Shown: piece by piece, positions 11,891-20,231 of the stretch | Layout of the letters: every line of letters begins with the position of its first letter | Position numbering within the stretch: position 1 is the stretch's first letter | Origin: Candidatus Bathyarchaeota archaeon | GTDB taxonomy: Archaea > Thermoproteota > Bathyarchaeia > Bathyarchaeales > Bathycorpusculaceae | Assembly (NCBI GenBank): GCA_963702095.1 | Contig: OY969706.1 | Span: 544,001 to 608,000, forward strand | DNA: 64,000 bases | Direction of reading: 5' to 3' | The notes under the pieces: model-generated | The model's database searches: none | What the model saw: the letters and a program-made list of their open reading frames with translations, nothing else | What the model was told of the DNA's origin: nothing | Position numbers and translations under genes: made by a program

Positions 11891-12482
11891 GGCTAAACTC
11901 CATTGTATCGGTACACAAGACCCAATCAGGGTCCAGCCAGTCCACGACATCATAATGGCAAGTTACGGCTATGAATTTCTTCGCTGATCGACGGACTGCT
12001 TTGCTAATAGCAAAAGCGCTTACCTTTGCAATCTCTCTGTCCACAACGCTCGTGAATTCGTCAAAGACTATCAGCTCCTTGTTGAGACAGAGGGCTCGTG
12101 AGATATCTACTCGCATTTTCTCACCCTGGCTGAGGCAGTCATAGCTTTTGAGCCAATCCGGCGGAGAAGCAAACCCTACACTTGCCAGAGCCTTCGTGAC
12201 TTCTCCGGTCTCAAGATCCACCGGGAAATCATCAAGGATACACTTTTGCTTGTACTCGAACCCTCGAATGTAGTCATCAGGGAAAAGCTGTTTTGCTATG
12301 CTTGTTTTTCCCGAGCCGCTTCTGCCTACAATAACCCCAATTTGCCAATCTTCAGTTTCAATTGGAAGTGAACCTTTGAAGCGCTTTTCTAGTTTGACGT
12401 CGGAGAGAGCGAAGCTTCCAACAATGCTTTGTGCTCGGAAGCTATCTGCTTGTATCCAACTTTTTATAATGTCAAAATCCGT
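11802..12482 (-). CDS. ABC-type ATPase (soluble, phage type); no ATG/GTG/TTG start upstream of Walker A
   Basis: Frame extends beyond the called ORF to include GRSGSGKT. Also LSQGEKMR, IVFDEFTSVVDR, VTCHYD. Confidence 0.85.
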   Translation of the reverse strand, partial: TDFDIIKSWIQADSFRAQSIVGSFALSDVKLEKRFKGSLPIETEDWQIGVIVGRSGSGKTSIAKQLFPDDYIRGFEYKQKCILDDFPVDLETGEVTKALASVGFASPPDWLKSYDCLSQGEKMRVDISRALCLNKELIVFDEFTSVVDREIAKVSAFAISKAVRRSAKKFIAVTCHYDVVDWLDPDWVLCTDTMEFSQKKEAGRPLNSKFIGAAIHFGKCFGNITI

Positions 12483-13109
12483 AGTTTGTATCCCTCGCTC
12501 TTTAGTTTTTCAAAGAAGCGTTGTTGCTCAGTTTCATCTTTGCACTCTACGATAAGCTCCCAGGTTTCTGGAACAAATACTGAGTCATATTGTCTATTAT
12601 CACCTGGAAAGCGTTCTCCAACCGATTCCAATAGCAGCTTGAGATTTTCCTTTTCCCCTAACTCAGCAATCCGTTCGAACTCGGCTGCATCCAGGTCCTT
12701 TGTTGTGTTTGCCTTTGAGTTTGTTGAGTATTTGGCGGAGCATTCGCCTATCGACGTCAGTGATTGGCAACCGCAGAACAGGCGCGTAGAATTCACCATG
12801 TTGCCTACAGACTTCTGCTCTCTGTTCCCCATCTGCGTACATGCCGTCTTTGTTGGTTATAATTGGGTATGTCCAACCATACCTTTGCAAGCTCAGCCAA
12901 ATTTGTTTTTGCTGCTTAATGGTGGTTCGGTTAGGGTTGTTTTGGTCCGTGGACAAGAGACGAATATCTTCTAATAATGGTAAATAGGCATCCGGCACTT
13001 TGAGTGATGTCTTCCCTTCAGTGGAATTAACGGTGTTGCTTATGGCATAGCCGCCCCTTTTCCATTTGAAGAATCGGAGAAATCTTTTGGTTCCTCGGTA
13101 CTTATCCAA
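12464..13109 (-). CDS. ParB/Srx N-terminal domain protein; 1 frameshift (~12700); start uncertain
   Basis: NPN...SLQRYGWTYPII...ADGEQR. C-terminal LIVECKDETEQQRFFEKL..EGY domain lies in the shifted frame. Confidence 0.75.
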
Positions 13110-14929
13110 AGATAATATACTTTTTGTGTTCGGCGGTTATTTTTGCCAGTGAATGGTTCGCTGCCTTGTTCGATTTCTTCTCTATCTTTTAGGCTTCTGA
13201 CCGCTAACTCTGCTTCTCTTGCATCGACATTCGCCATACGCATCATGTCGGAATGGTAGACTTTTTGACCGTTCTGCCCATGCTTTTTTATATATTCCCT
13301 AACTCGAGCGAGTGGTTTGCCCATATCAACATAAGTGACTAATTCAGATGCAGCTATCAGGCAGGGTTTGAGGAAAGCCCATGCCCTTTGAACATGTCTT
13401 TTTTGTACGATTATTCGATCGGTCAGTTGAATAGTTGAATTAGTTGGATTAGTAGGGTTAACTGTGTTAGTATCCTTTATGTCTTCTACTAATTCTACTA
13501 ATCCTAATAATTCAACTAATTTACGAATTGAAGTCTGCTCCTTTTTTGTGAGCTTGGAATATTCGCCAAGTGATTCGCTAACCAAGTTGATGTCAGCGAA
13601 AGCTATCACATAGTCGAGGTATCTTCCACCAAAAGCATCAACATTCGCAAACTCTGGGCTTTCATATACTTCTTTTTCGACAACCTCGTTGTAGAATTTC
13701 AGGGCTTCATCGCTGAGCTCAAAGTACGCACCTTTCTTGTCTAATTGGTCAAGAAGAATTAAATTTTCTGTTAAATGGGTCTGCAGCTCAAAAGCCTCCA
13801 CCCTTAGCCGTGCTCTCGGTCTCCGTTTCGCTTCTCCAGGATTCAATACCCACCGCGGTAGTAATCCACCGCATGCCATTTCCCTTGTCACGTTTTCCTT
13901 CAAAACTTCAGGAGTGCAAGTGCTCACGATGCTGAGGTAGGGTTCCTCGATTGTGTATTGTGTTTCCACGCCGTTGAGGCTTTTTTTGCTTCTCGAGTAC
14001 TTTTTGCAGCCAAAAATTTCATTGAGGACTTCAGCTAATGTTGCTTGGTAGTTGCCAGTTTTTATGCCTTTAAGCAGTTTACTGAATTCACCCATTGGCT
14101 GGATGACAGCGTTTTTCTTGCTCATTATTTCAACAAGCCTTTCTTGTGAAGCCACATCATTGTCTGTCAACCTATCGGGTGGTATAAGCTCTAAACCCAT
14201 GTCCTGACTGGTTGATTTCCTCGTTGTGGTGCTCTGCCCGATATGAGCCATATACATTCGGTGGTAAACTGCTTTGGGCTGAATCAAATTAACCACGTCG
14301 TGCCCTAAGAGGTGCCCAATTCCAAAGTAGGCCATCCCGACTCCGTAGTTCGTTGGTGCATCCGTCTTGCAATCCCAATACCGTTTTGTTACCTCAATGT
14401 GGCTTTCAATAGGGTCTGGAACGTAATCTTCACGTTTGGTTTCATGTTTAAGAATGACTTGATTCGAAAATTGACCGGAGTAAACTAGCGTCATATAGTT
14501 TCCTCCTTTTCCGCTTCCAAGGTCGGAGTGCTTTCTAACATTAACCTGAGTAATTTTGGTCCGATAAGAAAGACTGGAGTAATCAACCCTGGTTTTCTCT
14601 ATTTGAAAAGCGAGCCACTTTACGCCAACATCATATTTTTCCATCTTCAAAATTGTTTGAGTGCAACCGCAAATTGGGCATGCTCTCACACTATAGCCAT
14701 CCTCAAGCATCCAATGTGCGTCTTCCAAATTGCTCAAAAGAGTGTTAAAGTCCACACCACAATTCCCACACCTCGGAACTAGGATTTCTTGAAAACCATA
14801 ACCGCAAACTGTACATCCTTCAGAACGCGATTGATCTTTTGTGTCAAGTTCTCGCACCAAATATCTATGATTCTCAACATCATAGCTATGGCAATGCGGG
14901 CATTCTACGTGGTCTTGATTTATCACCAT
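13040..14929 (-). CDS. DUF3987/YfjI-like replication ATPase with N-terminal Cys-rich Zn-ribbon region (possible internal start at 14494)
   Basis: GQSTTTRKST, GEFSKLL, LSIVSTCTPE, GLLPRW; four CxxC pairs at the N-terminus; GGAGG upstream of ATG 14494. Confidence 0.7.
   Translation of the reverse strand: MVINQDHVECPHCHSYDVENHRYLVRELDTKDQSRSEGCTVCGYGFQEILVPRCGNCGVDFNTLLSNLEDAHWMLEDGYSVRACPICGCTQTILKMEKYDVGVKWLAFQIEKTRVDYSSLSYRTKITQVNVRKHSDLGSGKGGNYMTLVYSGQFSNQVILKHETKREDYVPDPIESHIEVTKRYWDCKTDAPTNYGVGMAYFGIGHLLGHDVVNLIQPKAVYHRMYMAHIGQSTTTRKSTSQDMGLELIPPDRLTDNDVASQERLVEIMSKKNAVIQPMGEFSKLLKGIKTGNYQATLAEVLNEIFGCKKYSRSKKSLNGVETQYTIEEPYLSIVSTCTPEVLKENVTREMACGGLLPRWVLNPGEAKRRPRARLRVEAFELQTHLTENLILLDQLDKKGAYFELSDEALKFYNEVVEKEVYESPEFANVDAFGGRYLDYVIAFADINLVSESLGEYSKLTKKEQTSIRKLVELLGLVELVEDIKDTNTVNPTNPTNSTIQLTDRIIVQKRHVQRAWAFLKPCLIAASELVTYVDMGKPLARVREYIKKHGQNGQKVYHSDMMRMANVDAREAELAVRSLKDREEIEQGSEPFTGKNNRRTQKVYYLWISTEEPKDFSDSSNGKGAAMP
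13425..13520. repeat. Inverted arrays of 9-bp iteron-like repeats inside the replication gene
   Basis: Left: AGTTGA-ATAGTTGA-ATTAGTTGG-ATTAGTAGG. Right: TCTACTAAT-TCTACTAAT-CCTAATAAT-TCAACTAAT, the reverse complement of ATTAKTWGR. Confidence 0.8.
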
Positions 14930-15017
14930 TAGGTTTTAACTCCTTTATTTTATTGCCTTTTGACATAATAGTTTTCGTTAATGTTGTTTCAGATTTTTCT
15001 CGAAAATGGTTTTGGTA

Positions 15018-15209
15018 TTATTTTTTGGAATCTGCAGAGTCTGCATCTCCCAAAAAAGGTTTTATGATGATGGTTCCGTGGACCTCTTCAAGTGTGACTT
15101 CATTTAATTTTTTACCATTCTCGTTTTCCACGAGTTTTAGCCAACTTGCGGGTAAAGTTACACCACGGCTATCTCCGTGTTCTATAATTTTTCTTAGTAT
15201 CGGGCACAT
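15018..15209 (-). CDS. AbrB/MazE/SpoVT-family DNA-binding protein
   Basis: RKIIEHGDSRGVTLPASW...IIIKP pattern; 63 aa. Confidence 0.75.
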   Translation of the reverse strand: MCPILRKIIEHGDSRGVTLPASWLKLVENENGKKLNEVTLEEVHGTIIIKPFLGDADSADSKK

Positions 15210-15263
15210 GTTTAGTTTATTAACATAAACTTCATATAAGTAATATCTCTTTGATACTACTTT

Positions 15264-15869
15264 ATGAAACCGAGCGTTCTATTTGCATTACTTGAAAATT
15301 TTCCATTGACTTTCCAAGACCTCACATCAAAATGTGAATCCAATCGAAACCGTTGCCGCAAGATTCTCAATGATTTGAAGAAAAAAGGTTTCATTACAGA
15401 AAGTGAGCACAAACGAGGGCAAAAAGCGTTTTTTAGTCTAACGGAGAAAGGTCGAAGTGAAGCCCTCAAAGAAGTCAACAATGCTTTGGCATCAAACATG
15501 AGAATACTGAAATTCGACCTTGAACAGACCTTAACAAAATATGGTCTATATCATATGAGACGACAAGCTGCCTTTCACCCAAATAAGGAGATATTTGAGA
15601 GGAGATGCATCGATCAAGACAGTGTAAAAATGATGCAAGCAAAAAGGGAAGAGGTCTTGGAACCCTTAAACAATCTTTTCTTTGAAGTCGCAAAAGCCTT
15701 CGCAATAGCTGACGGTCGATTTCTCACATTAGAGAAAAATGGCGTTCCAAAGTATGATTTTGATAACTTGGCGTTTTGGTTTGAAGGTGGAAAGGCGCAC
15801 TTTATTGTTTTGCGAGATAATAAGAAATTAGGAGAGTTCCTAAGCGATATAAAGAAACCCGAGACCTAA
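15264..15869 (+). CDS. Winged-helix transcriptional regulator
   Basis: LTFQDL...LNDLKKKGFI...FSLTEKGR; divergent from the AbrB gene. Confidence 0.7.
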   Translation: MKPSVLFALLENFPLTFQDLTSKCESNRNRCRKILNDLKKKGFITESEHKRGQKAFFSLTEKGRSEALKEVNNALASNMRILKFDLEQTLTKYGLYHMRRQAAFHPNKEIFERRCIDQDSVKMMQAKREEVLEPLNNLFFEVAKAFAIADGRFLTLEKNGVPKYDFDNLAFWFEGGKAHFIVLRDNKKLGEFLSDIKKPET

Positions 15870-16012
15870 AAAGCTGAGTTCAGTCCAAAAGTGATTCCTT
15901 CCTTAAATTCGATTAGATCTTCTCACAAGGAAGCAGTATCAAAGTGATATTACTTATTCTGAGCTTCATGTATATTTTATGAGAATAAACCCGGAAAGAG
16001 GTAATCCCGATA

Positions 16013-17155
16013 ATGAAGTGCTGCCCACAATGCCAATCAGAAAAGACTTGGAAAGATGGCATTCGAGAAAGCAGCAACGGTGCGATCCAACGACATGTTT
16101 GCCGAAGTTGTGGCTATCGTTTTTCAGAAAATGATTCCGCCAAATCATTTTATTCACCTTCAAGTATAGGTTCTTTTAGCCAAATAGGCGCAACGCCTAA
16201 AGCCCATGGGCAGTTAGTGACAAATTTGGCAGCGATAGAACCGCTCAAAGAAGGGCCAGCGGGAGCCACAACTAAAACAGCAGAAGCCAAAGGCAAAATC
16301 CTCGAACATGCATGGTGGCTAAAGAAACAAGGTCGCAAAGACGGCACAATACTTGGCATAACAAAGCTCCTAAAAATCATGGTCAAAAAAGGAGCTGACC
16401 TCTACAATCCAGAAACAATCAAAGAAGTCATAGCCAAACAAACCTGGTCAGAAGGAAGAAAAGAAAACGCAGTAAACGCATATACATCATTTCTAAGAAT
16501 GACTCAAGGAACTTGGAATCCACCAATATACTGCAGAATCAGAAAGCTTCCTTTCATCCCAACAGAGCAAGAAATCGACACCTTAATTTCAAGTTGCACC
16601 TCAAAAGCAGCAACACTTCTTCAAACACTAAAAGAAACCGGCGCAAGAGTAGGTGAAGCCTGGAACCTAAAATGGACCGACCTTGACGTAGACAGAAGAA
16701 CAATAAGGATTACACCTGAAAAAGGAAGCGAACCAAGAATATTCAAGGTAACCCCAAAACTAATGACTATGCTACAAACTTTGCCAAAGAATAGCGTCTT
16801 CATCTTCGGAAGTTATCCCCTAAACGGCTACCGAACATGTTTTACACGTCAACGAAGAAAAGCAGCCACTAAACTCGCAAATCCTCGCCTACTGCAAATA
16901 ACATTCCACACTTTCAGACACTGGAAAGCCACAACCGAATACGCCAAAACCAAAGACATCCTCCACGTTATGCGACTACTCGGCCACAAGAACATCAAAA
17001 ACACCCTTGTTTATACGCAACTAATAGAGTTCAAGGATGACGAATTTATCTGCAAAATCGCAAAGACTATTCAAGAAGCCAGTGAACTCGTAGAAAACGG
17101 CTTTGAATATATTTGCTCATTCGAGGAAGCTAAGCTATTCAGAAAACGCAAGTAG
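16013..17155 (+). CDS. Tyrosine recombinase/integrase with N-terminal Zn ribbon
   Basis: CPQC...CRSCG; TGARVGE, FHTFRH, LGH, TLVY catalytic motifs; next to a tRNA. Confidence 0.93.
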   Translation: MKCCPQCQSEKTWKDGIRESSNGAIQRHVCRSCGYRFSENDSAKSFYSPSSIGSFSQIGATPKAHGQLVTNLAAIEPLKEGPAGATTKTAEAKGKILEHAWWLKKQGRKDGTILGITKLLKIMVKKGADLYNPETIKEVIAKQTWSEGRKENAVNAYTSFLRMTQGTWNPPIYCRIRKLPFIPTEQEIDTLISSCTSKAATLLQTLKETGARVGEAWNLKWTDLDVDRRTIRITPEKGSEPRIFKVTPKLMTMLQTLPKNSVFIFGSYPLNGYRTCFTRQRRKAATKLANPRLLQITFHTFRHWKATTEYAKTKDILHVMRLLGHKNIKNTLVYTQLIEFKDDEFICKIAKTIQEASELVENGFEYICSFEEAKLFRKRK

Positions 17156-17196
17156 CTAATTAATGATTATCTCCACAAAAGCTTGGGGTTCGTCCA

Positions 17197-17272
17197 TGGA
17201 GCTGGGGATGGGAATTGAACCCATATAGAGCAGCTCTGCAGGCTACCGCCTAAGCCATTCGGCCACCCCAGC
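17197..17272 (-). tRNA. tRNA-Cys(GCA), CCA encoded, no intron
   Basis: GCTGGGG/CCCCAGC acceptor stem; GTAGC-CTGCAGA-GCTGC anticodon arm; TTCAATT T-loop; U73 discriminator. Confidence 0.95.
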
Positions 17273-17540
17273 ATGTGAAACTTAAGTATATCCCACATAA
17301 AAATATTGTTTCCACTAGACACTATTTAGATGGGTTGGCTGCCTGGGACGTTTATTTTCTTTCATATTTGACATTTTTAGGGATAAGTTTCTGTGGAGTA
17401 GACTGCGCTAACAGTCAGCCAAACCATGCCCAACCCAGAAGTCACCATCAGATAGCTGATAACTCTCGAATGTATTCCATCTCTAATGTTGGGCGAACCT
17501 TGCGGAGCCAATATGTTAGTGAATCAGATTTTCTGTTGTA

Positions 17541-17670
17541 CTGCTTGAGGATTTGTCCACAACCAGCCAGCAACCCATACCCACTGTAGAACCCAAAAAG
17601 CAACCGCCAGCAAAACCCACAGGAAGAAGATGAGCAAAGACGACTCTACCCTCATCTTAAACTAGAAAAA
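17541..17670 (+). repeat. Intergenic repeat family B, copy 1 (130 bp)
   Basis: Ungapped 97/130 match (hand count) to 60131-60260. Confidence 0.8.
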
Positions 17671-17782
17671 TGAAACTACGTGCGAGCCCTCAGCAGCGAC
17701 CAGACAAAAAAATAAAAAATCCGGATCTGGCGCCTTATAGTAAATAAGAAGGGTCCGGTTGCAGAGAGGATAACTTCCTCTC

Positions 17783-18148
17783 TTAATTTTTCTTGAAAGC
17801 TAAACCCGAAAAAAACGCCACCAACTTCTCGTCTTTACATACCGCAACATGGTAGAGCCCCGTGGTTTTACCATCCGAAATACGCGTTGCCTCCGCCGTC
17901 AAGATATCGCCTTCGCCTGTGGGACGCAGAAATTTGATGTCCACCTGAACTGCCACTGCAACGTTGTCGCCGTAGTTGCAGGCGTGTGCAAACGCGTAAT
18001 CCGCCAAGGAAAAGATGGCGCCGCCATGTGTGAACCCCAACGCGTTGGTGTGGGTTTTCTCGACTTTCACGGTGACTTTGCAGTAGCCATCTTTGGCTTC
18101 GAGGACTTTTATGCCGAGTGCTTCTGCGAAGTGGTCGGTGCCTTTCAT
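17783..18148 (-). CDS. paaI: PaaI-family hotdog thioesterase
   Basis: HTNALGFTHGGAIFSLADYAF; located in the paaK cluster. Confidence 0.88.
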   Translation of the reverse strand: MKGTDHFAEALGIKVLEAKDGYCKVTVKVEKTHTNALGFTHGGAIFSLADYAFAHACNYGDNVAVAVQVDIKFLRPTGEGDILTAEATRISDGKTTGLYHVAVCKDEKLVAFFSGLAFKKN

Positions 18149-19234
18149 TTCTTTTTTGCCTCTTTACTTTCCGGTTTTGTTAGTTGCTGGTAGAGTTTCT
18201 GGAAGAGTGGTGCTAAACCTTTTGGTGAAAAAATCACGATTACAAGCAGCAGGATGCCTATGGCGATGAGGCTTATGGGTGGACCAACGTTGCTTATGCC
18301 GGGGAAGTAGGGGCCGATGGATGTGTGGAGGGCGTCTGCAACGCTTGGTAGTGCCAGAACTTGCTGGACAGACACAAGAAACACGGAGCCTATGATTGGG
18401 CCGATTATGGTTCCTAAGCCGCCTATGACTGCCATGATGAGTGGCAAAAAGGAGTTTGCGGGGGCAAAGATGCTGTTATCGACGAACCGCAGGAAATACA
18501 CATTTAATCCGCCTGCGATGCCTGCGAAGAAGGTGCTGATGACAAATGCGATTAATTTGTATTTTGCAGTGTTTATTCCTATCATTTTTGCTTCTGCTTC
18601 GTTGCCGTGAATCGCCCGGAAAGCTAAGCCCATCCGCGACTTCATAATAAGATACATTATTGCGATGGAAGAAATGGTGAAGGTAAGTGCCATGATGTAG
18701 AAGGGAAACTTGTTAGGCACCAAAGTTAGGGGTGAAAAACCGTTTATGCCGTTTGTAAACATGTCAAATTGGGTTGAGAGTGTGCTTATGATGACTGAGA
18801 AGCCGAATGTAACCATAGCTGAGATACCATGCTTTAAGCCGCACACATGCCAACCCAATTAGCAAGCCGATTCCAGCGGAAATCAAGCCGCCGACGAGAA
18901 GCACCACAACCTGCACCGCCACAGATAGCGCTCCAATCGGCATCATCGAAGCACCCAACATGCCGATTAACGCTATTGAAATAGAGTTTCCGATAAGCGC
19001 CGCTGAGAAGGCTCCAATACCTAGGAAAGCTGCGTGTCCAAGTGACCCTTGCCCTGAGTTGGCGAGGAAGTTCCAGCTTGCAGCATAAATCGCCATTATA
19101 CAAATCAGTGTTAGAACATAGAGGAAAAAGTTGTCTGATATTAGAAGCGGAAGCAACGCTAATGCTATGAAGGCAATGGCTATGATTTGGAAGACTCTGT
19201 TTTTCGGCAGTTTAGAGAGCTGTTTTATGTCCAT
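18145..19234 (-). CDS. livM: Branched-chain amino acid ABC permease (LivM); 1 frameshift (~18820)
   Basis: GQGSLGHAAFLGIGA, SRMGLAFRAI, IGGLGTIIGP; two ORFs joined by a single-base shift. Confidence 0.85.
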
Positions 19235-19235
19235 G

Positions 19236-20117
19236 TCAATCACCTTTTTCTCCAAACAGCCCCCGCGGTCTAATGATGAGCACAACGATGAGTAAGGTAA
19301 AAGCTACGGCGCTGCCCCAGATTCCGCCCAGGAAAAGCGTCGCTAACTGCTCAGCGATGCCGTAGAGTAATCCGCCGACGATGGCGCCTTTGATGCTGCC
19401 TAATCCTCCTAAGATGATTATGGCGAAGGCGATTATGGTTGGCATAGCGCCTACTTGATAGTTGAAAGAGAAGATTATGCCGTAGAGTCCACCTGCGACT
19501 GCTGCGAGCGCTGCGCCTATGGCGAAGGTTATCATGTAGACTTTTTCTACGTTTATACCCATGAGTCTAGCTGTGTTGTTGATTTGGCTGGTCGCCCGCA
19601 TGGCTAGACCGATTTTTGTTTTGTTAACCAGTATGCCAAACGCTACTAAACTGACTATTACGACGCCCACGGCGATTATGCGGTCGTAGGTTATGGATAC
19701 GCCTTCTAGAAGGGTTAAGCTTTGGCCGCTAAAGGGGCTTGCGACCTGTTTTGGGTCTGTACCCCAAATGAGCATCGCCACGTTTTCGAAGATGTAGATT
19801 AAGCCTAAACTAACGAATATCTCGTTTAACTTGTCGGTGCCTAAGGCTTTGCGGAAAGTTAACCGTTCAACAACTATTCCTAAAACTGCAACGACAAGCA
19901 TCGAGACCAGAATAGCTGCATAAGGATTTAGCCCCGAGGTGAATGCTATGGTCCAAGTTAAGTATGCGCCTATCATGAGGAGTTGCCCATGGGCGAAGTT
20001 GACTTGTTTCATAACGCCGAAAATAACGTTGAGTCCCGTGGCGAGGAGAATGTAGATGCATCCGATGGCTAAACCCCAGATTAACGTAAGCAGTATGGTA
20101 GGCGCTGATATGTCCAT
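19236..20117 (-). CDS. livH: Branched-chain amino acid ABC permease (LivH)
   Basis: GLNVIFGVMKQVNFAHG, GLAMRA, ILGGLGS, RPRGLFG. Confidence 0.9.
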   Translation of the reverse strand: MDISAPTILLTLIWGLAIGCIYILLATGLNVIFGVMKQVNFAHGQLLMIGAYLTWTIAFTSGLNPYAAILVSMLVVAVLGIVVERLTFRKALGTDKLNEIFVSLGLIYIFENVAMLIWGTDPKQVASPFSGQSLTLLEGVSITYDRIIAVGVVIVSLVAFGILVNKTKIGLAMRATSQINNTARLMGINVEKVYMITFAIGAALAAVAGGLYGIIFSFNYQVGAMPTIIAFAIIILGGLGSIKGAIVGGLLYGIAEQLATLFLGGIWGSAVAFTLLIVVLIIRPRGLFGEKGD

Positions 20118-20231
20118 TGTAAAGTTATCCTTTCCTCCGCTTTCCTTGAAGCGGTTGACATAATTCAGCGTGTGAACTATTTAAAATATGCGAGAAATAA
20201 AAGAAAAGGAAGGGTTATTGTTTTTAGGCAC

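Larger units (their letters stand above)
1..17196. mobile_element. Integrated element/genomic island at tRNA-Cys (left end outside the window or eroded)
   Basis: Integrase ends 41 bp from the tRNA-Cys 3' end. Regulators, a replication ATPase, terminase and defence genes follow leftwards. No duplicated tRNA 3' end was seen in 1-17 kb. Confidence 0.75.
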
